Assembly (NCBI GenBank): GCA_963843145.1
Contig: CAWJJC010000023.1
Location: forward strand, 1-64,000
DNA length: 64,000 bases
DNA from: an uncultured delta proteobacterium
GTDB lineage: Bacteria > Desulfobacterota > RBG-13-43-22
Reading direction: 5' to 3'
The notes under the pieces are model-generated. The model searched no databases, was not told the DNA's origin, and was given only the letters and a program-made list of their open reading frames with translations. A program made the position numbers and the translations under genes. This document shows positions 1 to 9,685 of the stretch, piece after piece. Numbering within the stretch: the first letter of the stretch is position 1; the number at the start of each line of letters is the position of its first letter.

Positions 1-2
1 CT

Positions 3-1211
3 ATTCCTTCAGCCAAGGGCGATCAAATGCGCCACATAGTTGAGGTCTGCGAAAAAAGTGGTAAAAAATACCGGACCTTGCCTGCCATAGGAGAATTGAT
101 CGACGGTTCGGTTTCTTTAAAGGCCATACGGGAAGTGACCTTGGGGGATTTGCTCGGGCGGGAGGAGGTGCTTTTGGATCGAAAAGAAATCGGAAACTAC
201 CTCCAAAACAAACGAATCCTGGTGACCGGGGCGGGAGGGTCTATAGGTTCAGAATTGGTCAGGCAGATTTCAAAGTTTTACCCCCATTCGTTGGCTTTAT
301 TGGAGATGAGTGAGCACAACCTGTTCCAGATTGAAATGGAGGGCAGACAGCGATTTGGGTTTATTCCGATCCGGTCATTTTTGGTTAATATCCAAGACAG
401 AAAGGCATTACAACGCGTATTTACTGAATTTTCGCCTCAGGTTGTCTTTCACGCAGCCGCCTACAAGCATGTGCCTATCCAGGAGGTACATCCCTGGGAA
501 GCTGTCTCAAATAATGTCCTGGGCAGCAGGAACCTCTTCGAGGCTTCCGTTGCCGGAAACGTTGAGAAATTTGTCTTGATCTCCACGGACAAGGCGGTTC
601 GTCCCACCAATGTAATGGGGGCCAGCAAACGGGTGACCGAAATGATGATGGAATGGTACAGCCTGAACCATTCAACCCTATTTATGGCCGTCCGTTTCGG
701 GAACGTATTGGGCAGTTCCGGATCGGCTGTTCCGGTGTTTCAGGAACAGATTGCCCGGGGTGGGCCGGTGACCGTCACCCACCCGGAAATGACCCGTTAC
801 TTTATGAGCATTCCCGAAGCGGCCCAATTGATCCTTCAGGCTGGGGCTTTTGGCAAGGGCGGTGAAATATTTATTTTGGATATGGGAAAGCCGGTAAAGA
901 TCATCGATCTGGTCGAGGATTTAATCAGGCTCCATGGTTTGGAACCGGAGAAGGATATTCCCATTCAATATGTCGGCCTCCGTCCGGGGGAAAAACTTTA
1001 CGAGGAATTAATAACCGTCGGAGAAAATATTTTGCCGACTTCCCACAAAAAAATATTAGTACTTAAGAATAGCGATACCAACCACTCCCAATTATTAAGC
1101 CAGATCGATGAACTGTTGGAGATCAGCCGTAAATTTAATTCTCATGAAATAAAACTTAAATTAAAGGAATTAGTCCCAGAATATAAACCATTTTTTGAAG
1201 GTCAGGCGTAG
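3..1211 (+). CDS. CapD/PglF-like nucleoside-diphosphate sugar dehydratase (5' end outside window)
   Basis: Motifs ILVTGAGGSIGSEL, VFHAAAYKHVP, ISTDKAVRPTNVMGASKR, VRFGNVLGSSGS, GLRPGEKLYEEL. Frame is open back to position 3. Confidence 0.93.
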   Translation: MPSAKGDQMRHIVEVCEKSGKKYRTLPAIGELIDGSVSLKAIREVTLGDLLGREEVLLDRKEIGNYLQNKRILVTGAGGSIGSELVRQISKFYPHSLALLEMSEHNLFQIEMEGRQRFGFIPIRSFLVNIQDRKALQRVFTEFSPQVVFHAAAYKHVPIQEVHPWEAVSNNVLGSRNLFEASVAGNVEKFVLISTDKAVRPTNVMGASKRVTEMMMEWYSLNHSTLFMAVRFGNVLGSSGSAVPVFQEQIARGGPVTVTHPEMTRYFMSIPEAAQLILQAGAFGKGGEIFILDMGKPVKIIDLVEDLIRLHGLEPEKDIPIQYVGLRPGEKLYEELITVGENILPTSHKKILVLKNSDTNHSQLLSQIDELLEISRKFNSHEIKLKLKELVPEYKPFFEGQA

Positions 1212-1606
1212 AGCAGGGGAATTCGAAGCAGGGCCAGGGGCATGGTGACAGGGAGATGCGCTGCCTGACCTTGGTAATAGCGGTCACCGGGATAGCGGGC
1301 GATCTGCTTGAGTTCCTTATGACCCGATTTTTTTGAGGATGATTTTAATGATATCCACGATACGCATAGTTCTCAATACCTGTACGATAATATACAGTAT
1401 CTGGGAACTATGGCAAGAACAGATATTCAAGCCCCCCGATAATGATGTTTATCCTTATGGATGATCAGGAATGGGAGGAAAAAGCAGCGCTGGCTTATCA
1501 ATCAATAGGGATAGCGCCCTATTTATCCGAGCCGCCGCCTGGCGGGCCTCCATCAAACGGTGAAGAGTGAACAAGTGGGGGAAAACCGGGACAGAGTCCC
1601 TCGTAT

Positions 1607-1963
1607 TTATTTTACAGCACTGGGCGAATGGATAAGCTTCTGGGCGATGGCGCAGGCTTTCAGAAGCAGTTCATGATCCACTATGCCGATCTTCCTGATC
1701 AATCTCCGTTTATCAACGCTGCGCATTTGATCCAGCATGATCTTGGAATCCTTATCGAGGCCGCCTGCTGCGCCTTGCCCGCCGGCAAGCAATATCTCGA
1801 AGGGGTAGATCTTTCCTACCGAGGATGTGATCGGGGCAATGATCAGCCTAGGCGAATGAAGGTTCATGGCGTTGACGGAGAGGATCATCCCCGGCCTGGT
1901 CTTGCCGATTTCGGAGTGACTGGCTGGGTCCAGGTTAATCAGATAAATGTCGCCCTGCTTCAT
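1607..1963 (-). CDS. MazF/PemK-family endoribonuclease toxin
   Basis: MKQGDIYLINLDP..SEIGKTRPGMILS..IIAPITS..DSKIMLDQMRSVDKRRL matches PemK/MazF. Start overlaps the antitoxin stop. Confidence 0.9.
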   Translation of the reverse strand: MKQGDIYLINLDPASHSEIGKTRPGMILSVNAMNLHSPRLIIAPITSSVGKIYPFEILLAGGQGAAGGLDKDSKIMLDQMRSVDKRRLIRKIGIVDHELLLKACAIAQKLIHSPSAVK

Positions 1964-2211
1964 GATCTTGCTCCCCAATCTTCCAGGTCGAGAGATTCCC
2001 ATTCCTGAATTGCGGACTGACGCGCCAGGTCTTCCGATGCCTCACGAAAGGCGACGCTCAGGGCCTGTTCCTCCTGTTGGTGCTTAATACTTTCGACCTC
2101 GCCTTTCAATAACTCATTGATAATCGCGCTTTTTTTCCGCCTGGGAACCAAGCGGGCAAACGCCTCCCATACGGCTTCATCAAGCGTCAAATTCACCCTC
2201 ACCTGATCCAT
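1960..2211 (-). CDS. Antitoxin (RHH-like) paired with the MazF toxin
   Basis: 83 aa. N-terminal RVNLTLDE..KSAIINELL is RHH-like and the C-terminus is acidic. Lies directly upstream of the toxin. Confidence 0.75.
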   Translation of the reverse strand: MDQVRVNLTLDEAVWEAFARLVPRRKKSAIINELLKGEVESIKHQQEEQALSVAFREASEDLARQSAIQEWESLDLEDWGARS

Positions 2212-2242
2212 CACGATCCCCCTTTGCGTCATTATTTAACGT

Positions 2243-2271
2243 ATAGTAATACAGATAATAAGGCATGTCAA
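2243..2271 (-). promoter_or_regulatory. sigma70-type promoter of the antitoxin-mazF operon
   Basis: TTGACA-17 bp-TACTAT on the minus strand. Confidence 0.65.
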
Positions 2272-2283
2272 GCGGAATAATTC

Positions 2284-2580
2284 ATGTTAGTCAGGGATTT
2301 AATCAGGATCCATGGCTTCGAACCGGATAAAGATATTCCCATTCAATATGTCGGCCTCCGACCGGGTGAGAAGCTTTATGAGGAATTAATAACCGTAGGA
2401 GAAAATATTTTGCCGACTTCCCACAAAAAAATATTAGTACTTAAAAATACTGGTGCTAACCACTCCCAATTATTAAGCCAGATCGATGAGCTATTAGAGA
2501 TCAGTCGGAACTTTAATGCCAACGACATTAAGAATAAATTAAAAGAGATAGTGCCGGAATATACACCTTTTTTTGAATAG
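2284..2580 (+). pseudogene. Displaced second copy of the 3' ~95 codons of the CapD-like gene
   Basis: Translation aligns with the C-terminus of 3..1211 (DIPIQYVGLRPGEKLYEELITVGENILPTSHKKILVLKN identical). No catalytic N-terminal part. Confidence 0.85.
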
Positions 2581-2646
2581 TCAAAATCTCCCGTCCAGAG
2601 TCATGGGCAGAGTTCACAGTTAAGGGTCGTATTGAACTCCTTCGCC

Positions 2647-2830
2647 GGAGATTTCTCACGGAGTTTACTCCGCCCGAAAACCGTGATCCCTCGCGGAGTT
2701 TACCCTGAGCCGAAAAACGAGATCCTTCGCTTTGCTCATGATGACCAGGGCAGGGTTCGGAATGGCCTGACCAAAAAAGACATTTTGCCGCAGAAGAGAA
2801 AGAGTCCGTACTCTCTGCCCTCTGCGGGGT
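2647..2830. repeat. Nested palindromic REP-like intergenic repeats
   Basis: GAGATTTCTCAC..GTTCGGAATG with internal CGGAGTTTAC (x2) and GAGATCCTTCGC..GCTCATGATGAC, followed by a CCGCAGA..TCTGCGG hairpin. Confidence 0.55.
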
Positions 2831-2890
2831 AGGTCGGCCTAAAAAAGATTGCAACCCCAATATGCTATTAAGGGACCACAGGAGGACAAT

Positions 2891-3145
2891 ATGGAAGAAA
2901 CGTTGATTGTACACGTTCCGCGTGGGATTCAGAGTATGCTTAATCGCACACCTGAAGAGCTTGGGCGTGACTTACGTCTGTATTCGGCCCTGATGTTCTT
3001 CCGGTTGGGTAAACTGTCCTCGGGAGCAGCATCAGAACTCGCCGGGGTGTCACGAGTTCTATTTCTGGATCTATGCTCGGAGTATGGTATTCCGGTTTCG
3101 CAGATCATTCCAGACGAACTCCGTCGCGAGGTCCAGAATGTCTGA
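2891..3145 (+). CDS. UPF0175-family putative antitoxin
   Basis: GKLSSGAASELAGVSRVLFLDL HTH-like motif, GGAGG RBS, overlap with a downstream PIN fragment. Confidence 0.8.
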   Translation: MEETLIVHVPRGIQSMLNRTPEELGRDLRLYSALMFFRLGKLSSGAASELAGVSRVLFLDLCSEYGIPVSQIIPDELRREVQNV

Positions 3146-3374
3146 GCACCCGCTCGTTTGCGATACTTCCCTCCTACTCTATTTGGGACGGATTGCCCAA
3201 GCCACAATATTGCCCGCTTTTTTTGAACCCGTCTATGTGCCCGATTCAGTTACGTTGGAGTTGTCAGCAGGGAGGCTTTTACAGCCAGATATCATTGATC
3301 CGCAAACGCTGGGATGGGTCGTTTCTGTTGACGAAGCGATTACTCTGGGAGATGGACCGCGACAGGATTATTAA
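3138..3374 (+). pseudogene. Truncated DUF3368/PIN-domain toxin
   Basis: LVCDTSLLLYL..VYVPDSVTLEL is the PIN N-terminus. It stops after 78 aa, about half the usual length. Confidence 0.7.
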
Positions 3375-3439
3375 AGGTCTCAAAATAATATGGACGGGAT
3401 TCCTTAAAGCCACCCAGTCACAACGTAAGACAAAAGACG

Positions 3440-3650
3440 ATCTCTCGCAGAGCGCACAGGGATCGCAGAGAATAGTTAATTTTTGATTGCCGCTGAGAGG
3501 CCGGCAATCAAAAAAAATCTCCCGCTCCGCGAAGGAGACCCCGCCGGAGGCGTGAGTTTTTTTGAAAAATCGGCGTCTCAGCGATTTTTCAAAGACTAAA
3601 TTCATCTTTCTCTGCGCCCTCTGCGAACTCGAGCGAAGCGGGCGAGAGAT
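3440..3650. repeat. Compound palindromic repeat (CGCAGAG family)
   Basis: Terminal IR ATCTCTCGC/GCGAGAGAT, inner CGCAGAG/CTCTGCG arms, hairpins TTTTTGATTGCCG..CGGCAATCAAAAA and TTTGAAAAATCG..CGATTTTTCAAA. Confidence 0.65.
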
Positions 3651-3701
3651 AAAGAGTAAAATTCGTGTAAATACAATTAGGAGAAGGTTAATACCTCATA
3701 A

Positions 3702-6036
3702 ATGCATAAGAAACAAGACGAATCGGAAATTATATTCCCTGTTAATTTATTGGCTTCCTTAAGGGCCTTACTCTTCATTATTTTTTATTTTTTATGCCTT
3801 CGCCAATTGATTGTTTTTTATAATATTATTCCCCAGGAAGATCATGTTTGGTTTTTTTTACTATTTCTTTTATTTCTCCTCCTTATCATCTATAATCGGG
3901 TCTGGGCCCTGTACGGGATCTTTGTCACAGTCCCTCTTTTTACCGGCCTGCAAATCCTGCATCTATTCTATCCGCCTATCCCTGTTTATTCCCTGCTTTT
4001 TTCTTCTTTCTTTTTGATCTGGCTTCCCTATCGCCTTTTAACGCGCCCGGTAGATTTAGCCCCGGAAACGGATATCGGAAACTTAACGGATCTCCTGGCC
4101 GGAATTGTTATTTGTTCTTTAACGGTCACCCTGGCCCCTTTCTATCGGGATACTATCGGATATTATCTGTGGATTTATCAATGGGAAGATTACAACCAAG
4201 TCTTATATTCCCTGGAAGGGGCTTTTTATCTCCTCCAAGGGCTCTTTTTTTATCGCGTTACAGAGAAGGAATTCAACAATCAGACCACTTTTCAACAATT
4301 TTTTCCCCTTATTATTCTCCAAGGCTTGCTCCTTTTAGCTTTCGCCTTGATCCAGATCATCTTTAACTGGCCTGCAAAACTTTATGGTTTTGCTGTTTTT
4401 TCTCCCTTTTACGATATTCATTCCTATGGAAGCTACCTGGCCCCGGTATTTTTTATTTTGCTTTCCCTTTCACTATTTAAAAAAAATCTTTTTATAATCT
4501 TGCTGTGCTTATCTCTCCTGATCTTATCCATTTTATCCTTTTCCCGGACCACCTGGGCGGCCATACTCATTGGCGGGATAGGCTTCCTGGTTTTCTCAGC
4601 CCGCAAAAAGAAATATCTGGCCATTCCTGTTATTATGGGGATCGTCTTTCTTATCGCGTCGGTCTTTATTCAGGCCGCTTCACCGCAATTCACCAACAGC
4701 TATCTGAACCGATTCTCCCAGCTTTTGACGCTTTACCAATTGGATGACCGGTTATCTTTATGGACGCGGGCCATCAACATAATCTTGGACTTTCCGATCA
4801 CCGGATCGGGGATCGGGACCTTCTACCGCTACTCCGTGCTGTATCAGGATTGGGACACTTCGATCCTTAGAAACGTCCAGGAAAATGCCCATAACTACTT
4901 CCTTCAATTCGCGGCCGATCTGGGATTGCCGGCTCTGATTATTCTTTTCAGTATTTTTTTTTATTCTTTCAAAATCGGTTTTTGGGTTATATCCCGGGAT
5001 CAAGAAAATGGGCCTCTGGTTAAAGGGATACTCTTTGGTCTCTTGGCCTACCTGATTACCTGTCTGGCCGGCCACCCCCTGATTTTACCTCACCAACAAC
5101 TCCTTTTCTGGTTTCTTCTCGCCCTGCTGGTCGTCCCCTATCGTTTTTTACCGGACAAACTTGACTTCTCCGGGGCCTACTACAAAACCAAGACCTGGAA
5201 AATTGGGTTGACAATCCTGTTGGTGATTGGCTACGCGCCGTGGATCTGGGGACTCAATCAAAGGAAACCACTGGTGGAGTTGGGGTTTTATTCCGATGAA
5301 ATCAGCGGCGGGACCCGCTATCATTGGACTACCAGAAAAACAACCACCAACATTCTTTCCCGGGGGACTGTACTTGAATATGAATTGGGGGCTGAGCCCC
5401 AATTTATCAAGCAGAAACCCCAGCAATTTTTATTGACCGTGAATGGACAACCTATCGATCAACGAAACTTCTATTATAAAGGCTCACGGAAGTATCGTTT
5501 TTATCTCCCGCCGCCTAAGGATGGACTGCTGCAGATAAAGACCGAGGTGAATCAGGTTGTGAATTTTAACCGAGTCGGATTAAATGACGACACCCGGGAT
5601 TTGGGAGTCTCCTTAAGTGAATTTCGATTTTCGGATACCGTGCCCGAAGAAGGGATCGGTTTTTATGAAAAAGCCCTTTGGGCAGGGAACCTCCCCCGAG
5701 GGATGGCCTCCCGGCGTCCCCCTGCGGCCCCGGTGGACCGCCCTGCGGGCCTCCCTCAAAATCCCTCAGTCGCCCAAGGCGGACTTGGATTTGTTTTTGT
5801 ACGCGGGCAACCCGGATATCTCCCGGAACCCGGTTAAGGTGAAAATATATGGGGAGGAAAAGCTATTGAGGGAAGAATCTTTCAGTGTTCAGGGTTGGAG
5901 AAAAATCGCCCTTCCGGCCCGCCAACTTCAGGACCTAAAGGTATTGACCTTCCAGACGGATCGAGTCTGGAATCCCAAAATGGCCGGGGTTTCGGATGAC
6001 ACCCGCGATTTGGGGATCGCCGTAGCCATCCCTTAA
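3702..6036 (+). CDS. O-antigen ligase/Wzy_C-family membrane protein with a large C-terminal periplasmic region (frameshift at C5 run 5693-5697)
   Basis: Many TM helices, SFSRTTW, GSGIGTF, ENAHNYFLQFAADLG. Removing one C joins ORF 3702..5837 to ORF 5617..6036, which repeats DDTRDLG. Confidence 0.8.
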
Positions 6037-6165
6037 CCGAAAAATTCGGAAAACACTTTTTGCCGACAGACAAAGGCAGGACAGGGTGAGCGGCGACTCT
6101 GCCGCCACCCTAACCGTCAGGCCCTTCGGGCATCAAAATCTCTTAACCGCCAGGGAGAATTAATT

Positions 6166-6414
6166 ATGTTAATTAAATATCTTCAAGAGGCACTTGACCG
6201 CGCTCATTACGAAATCATCAATGACGAAACTCCGTTTTACGGAGAGATTCCAGAGCTCCAAGGGGTCTGGGCTGCGGGGGGAACGCTGGAAGATTGTCGT
6301 CGGAATCTGGCCGCCGCACTGGAGGATTGGCTTCTGTTTAGCCTGGCCAAAGGGCTTCCTATTCCGCCGCTCGGAACCGTAGAATTGCGTCACCCGGAGA
6401 TGGTGGCTGCTTAG
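6166..6414 (+). CDS. hicB: HicB-family antitoxin
   Basis: FYGEIPELQGVWAAGGTLEDCRRNL..GLPIP. Confidence 0.88.
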   Translation: MLIKYLQEALDRAHYEIINDETPFYGEIPELQGVWAAGGTLEDCRRNLAAALEDWLLFSLAKGLPIPPLGTVELRHPEMVAA

Positions 6415-6415
6415 G

Positions 6416-6634
6416 ATGGGGCGCCTCACCCCAATAACTCGCAGTGACCTGATTCGTAGATTACAGGGGCTGGGATTTACGGGACCTTACTCTGGCGGAA
6501 ACCACGAATTCATGCTGCGCGGAATTCAACGGCTTATCCTGCCTAATCCTCATCGCGGTGACGTCAGCGTTGACCTACTGGCGCGTTTACTGCGGCAGGT
6601 ATCGATAACGAGGGAAGAGTGGGAATCCTCATAA
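6416..6634 (+). CDS. hicA: HicA-family mRNA interferase toxin
   Basis: LIRRLQGLGF..GGNHEFM..LPNPHRGDV. Confidence 0.88.
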   Translation: MGRLTPITRSDLIRRLQGLGFTGPYSGGNHEFMLRGIQRLILPNPHRGDVSVDLLARLLRQVSITREEWESS

Positions 6635-7989
6635 AGGCCGAGCATATCAGCAAGGTCTACCGCCTTTTTGACCGGCGGCGGGATCGTTTGAGGGAAATGC
6701 TCTTCAAAGGGCTCGGAGGACCATTCGGGAAGGATTTTTGGGCCTTGAAAAACATTTCTTTTGACCTGCATCCGGGAGAGGCCCTGGGAATTATCGGGCG
6801 CAACGGCAGCGGGAAAAGCACCCTGCTCCAGATCCTGGCCGGGACTTTGACGCCCACCAGCGGCCAGGTGGACGTTCGGGGACGGGTGGCCGCCTTACTG
6901 GAGTTAGGCAGCGGTTTTAACCCGGAATTCACCGGGAAGGACAACGTCTATCTCAATGGGGCTATTTTAGGCCTCAATCGGCGGGAAATAGACTCTCATT
7001 ATGAGGATATTCTGGCCTTTGCCGACATCGGCGCCTATATCGACCAACCGATAAAATTCTATTCCAGCGGCATGTTTGTTCGTTTGGCCTTCGCCGTTCA
7101 GGCCTGCGTGGAACCGGACATTTTAATTATCGACGAAGCGCTGGGGGTGGGGGATATTTTCTTTCAACAGAAATGTTATGCCCGCTTGGAAAAGATGCTG
7201 GAAGAAGGGAAAGTTATTGTTTTCGTCTCCCATGATATGACGGCCGTTGAACGTTTCTGCACCAAGGTCCTCCTGCTACATCAAGGGGAACCCGTTTACT
7301 TAGGGGACCCGAACGAAGCCGTGCAGCGTTACTATTTTCTGGAGCGTGGGGTTCATTCGCCGGACAGTCAGGAAAAGGCCCAGCCGGGGCATTCCATCCC
7401 CCCTTCGTCTTCCGTGGCCGGCCTGAACACTCTTCCCTTTTGGCCCTCCCCCGAAAATTTTATTCTTTCGGAAAATGCTGCCTTAATCGGGGGGCAGGGG
7501 CTCCGCTTTTCAGGGGTAGCTCTCTGTAACCTTTCGGGAAGTCCCCAGGCCATATTTGAAATGGGGGAGACGGCCCAGTTTTTTTATGAACTCGAAATGC
7601 TGGAAGATATCGAGGTCCCCATCGGAGGCCTGGTCATCACCAATCACCACAACATCACGGTCCATGGAAAGAATTCGGCCCAGGCCCTGCTGCCGGCCCC
7701 CCCGGCCGTCTCTCCTGGTCAACGAGTGCGTTTTTGCCAAACCATCCGGTTGTCTCTAACCCCTGGCCAATACACCTATTCCCTTGGGTTTTCTACTCTG
7801 CCAGCCGATGACTATGCCAAACTGCCTCATCTTTCCTACGCGCAATTCGATCGATTGGAAAAAAGATTGTTGGTCGTTCAACAGGCCGGCAGTTTTCAAA
7901 TCGGCCTCCGTCGGGACCCGGCGACCATCGATTTTCCCTTCCATGGGGTGGCCGACCTGGAGGAATCGTTTCAAATAGAGCTTGTCTAA
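6619..7989 (+). CDS. wzt: Wzt polysaccharide ABC exporter ATPase with C-terminal carbohydrate-binding domain
   Basis: GRNGSGKST, LLELGSGFNPEFTG, YSSGMFVRLAF, IIDEALGVGD, and a C-terminal beta-rich extension. Confidence 0.92.
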   Translation: MGILIKAEHISKVYRLFDRRRDRLREMLFKGLGGPFGKDFWALKNISFDLHPGEALGIIGRNGSGKSTLLQILAGTLTPTSGQVDVRGRVAALLELGSGFNPEFTGKDNVYLNGAILGLNRREIDSHYEDILAFADIGAYIDQPIKFYSSGMFVRLAFAVQACVEPDILIIDEALGVGDIFFQQKCYARLEKMLEEGKVIVFVSHDMTAVERFCTKVLLLHQGEPVYLGDPNEAVQRYYFLERGVHSPDSQEKAQPGHSIPPSSSVAGLNTLPFWPSPENFILSENAALIGGQGLRFSGVALCNLSGSPQAIFEMGETAQFFYELEMLEDIEVPIGGLVITNHHNITVHGKNSAQALLPAPPAVSPGQRVRFCQTIRLSLTPGQYTYSLGFSTLPADDYAKLPHLSYAQFDRLEKRLLVVQQAGSFQIGLRRDPATIDFPFHGVADLEESFQIELV

Positions 7990-8094
7990 CCTTCACGATC
8001 CCCATTTGCGTCATTTGGAGATTGACAGTTTCCGGCCATGCGCACAAACTACATAAACTAAGTTCATTAAACTAAATCATCGAGAGCATGTGTC

Positions 8095-8304
8095 ATGCAG
8101 ACCATAAATATTCATGAAGCGAAGACGCACCTTTCCCGCCTAGTTGAGGAGGCTGCGCGAGGGAAGGCCTTCATCATTGCCAAGGCAGGAAAGCCGCTGG
8201 TCAAGGTTTCGCCCCTATCTGCAGAAGAGCGGAAAGAGGGTGAAAAGCTCGGATTTATGGCGGGTGAGATTTCTGTCCCTGACGATTTTGATTCACTTTC
8301 ATAA
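8095..8304 (+). CDS. Phd/YefM-family antitoxin (C-terminal tail probably lost)
   Basis: MQTINIHEAKTHLSRLVEEA..IIAKAGKPLVK..VPDDFD. Confidence 0.85.
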   Translation: MQTINIHEAKTHLSRLVEEAARGKAFIIAKAGKPLVKVSPLSAEERKEGEKLGFMAGEISVPDDFDSLS

Positions 8305-8413
8305 AGACCCTTTCGACCGCCTGCTCATTGCTCAAGCCCGTGCAGAAGGGATGCTGTTCCTCAGCGGTGATGCTTCCGTTGCCCAATATCAAGAATCGGT
8401 GTTGGTTGTCTGA
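8297..8413 (+). pseudogene. 3' remnant of a VapC PIN toxin
   Basis: HKDPFDRLLIAQARAEGMLFLSGD is the VapC C-terminus. The N-terminal two thirds are missing. Confidence 0.75.
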
Positions 8414-8521
8414 ATAATCAAAGGAATCCAGGTCTTCGGAAAAACGGATCTTTCCCCGAATAATTCATTCTCTCTTCCCGGGCAATCGAATACCTTAACC
8501 CTGAACTACCGGAACCCCAAG

Positions 8522-9685
8522 ATGTCGGATCGGCCGTTAAAATTCAGCATTGTCACCCCCTCTTTGAACCAGAGGCCCTATATCCAGGAGACGATGGAGA
8601 GCGTTCTCTCCCAGGAGGGCGACTTTGAGATCGAATATTTTGTCATCGACGGGGGGTCATCCGACGGTTCGGTGGAACTCATCAGGCAATGCGCCGAAAA
8701 GGTTTCTGCCGGGAACTGGCCCGTCCGCTGCCGGGGGATCACCCTGGAATGGGTCAGCGAAAAGGACCAGGGCCAGTCCGAGGCCATTAATAAAGGGCTT
8801 CGCCGGGCCACCGGGGATTTCGTCAGTTATTTAAATTCCGATGACCTCTATTTTCCGGACGCGCTGACTCGGGCGGCTGAAGCCTTTGCGGCCCAACCGA
8901 AAGCCGATTTCATCCATGGGGACGGAACCTTCATTGATGAAAACAGCCGTCTGAAATGGGCCTGGCAGTCCCGTCCCTATGATTACCAACTCCTGTCGAC
9001 CTTCGACTTCCTCCACAATCGATTCACCAACTTCATCGTCCAGCAGGCGACCTTCTGGCGGAAAACCGTCCTGACTAAAATCGGCTTTTTGGATGAATCC
9101 TTTCATTTTGCCATGGATGTGGAATACTGGGTGCGGGCCGGCCGCCACGGTTTAAAATTTCACTACCTTCCGGTCCCCTTGGGAAAACATCGTTATATTG
9201 CCGGGATCAAAACCCTTTCCAGCCCGACGGTCTTCTGGGAGGACTATATGGAGATTTTTCGCCGATATCGGGGGGCCGGGCGTTTGGATCGCTATTTTGC
9301 CCACTATTACTATAGCCTGGCGCTGGAGAGGGGCTTTGATCTGGAACAGGTTCGCCGGGAGGGGGGGGCGCTTTTCGCCCGCTGGAAAGATCTTCCGCCG
9401 TCGGAGCTTCGCCTCCTCCAGGAGCAGTCGAATCGGGGGTTTAACCTTACCCGCTTGCTGTCGGCCCGGATACTGAACTCCCACCAACGAAAACCGGAGG
9501 CCCGACGTCTGTTTAAACAAGCCCTTCGGGAAAGGCCCGGACTCCTTTTCAGTCCTTACGCGCTGCCTTATTTATTGAGCAGCCTGATCGGCGATTCCCG
9601 GACGCACTCTTTGGAAAAATGGGTTAAGTCGCTGCGGAAGCCGGGAAAGCAGCACGGATCAACCGCTAAATGCGTGTCGGCGTAA
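8522..9685 (+). CDS. GT2 glycosyltransferase
   Basis: FSIVTPSLNQ, IDGGSSDGS, YLNSDD. Confidence 0.9.
   Translation: MSDRPLKFSIVTPSLNQRPYIQETMESVLSQEGDFEIEYFVIDGGSSDGSVELIRQCAEKVSAGNWPVRCRGITLEWVSEKDQGQSEAINKGLRRATGDFVSYLNSDDLYFPDALTRAAEAFAAQPKADFIHGDGTFIDENSRLKWAWQSRPYDYQLLSTFDFLHNRFTNFIVQQATFWRKTVLTKIGFLDESFHFAMDVEYWVRAGRHGLKFHYLPVPLGKHRYIAGIKTLSSPTVFWEDYMEIFRRYRGAGRLDRYFAHYYYSLALERGFDLEQVRREGGALFARWKDLPPSELRLLQEQSNRGFNLTRLLSARILNSHQRKPEARRLFKQALRERPGLLFSPYALPYLLSSLIGDSRTHSLEKWVKSLRKPGKQHGSTAKCVSA

Noticed and set aside
1379-1400. CTGTA..TACAG palindrome as a LexA box
   Set aside because: The spacing is CTGT-N10-ACAG, not N8, and no SOS gene follows.
1607-8413. Integron cassette array explaining the TA modules
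   Set aside because: No integrase is present, and no attC-like RYYYAAC..GTTRRRY sites were seen after the genes.
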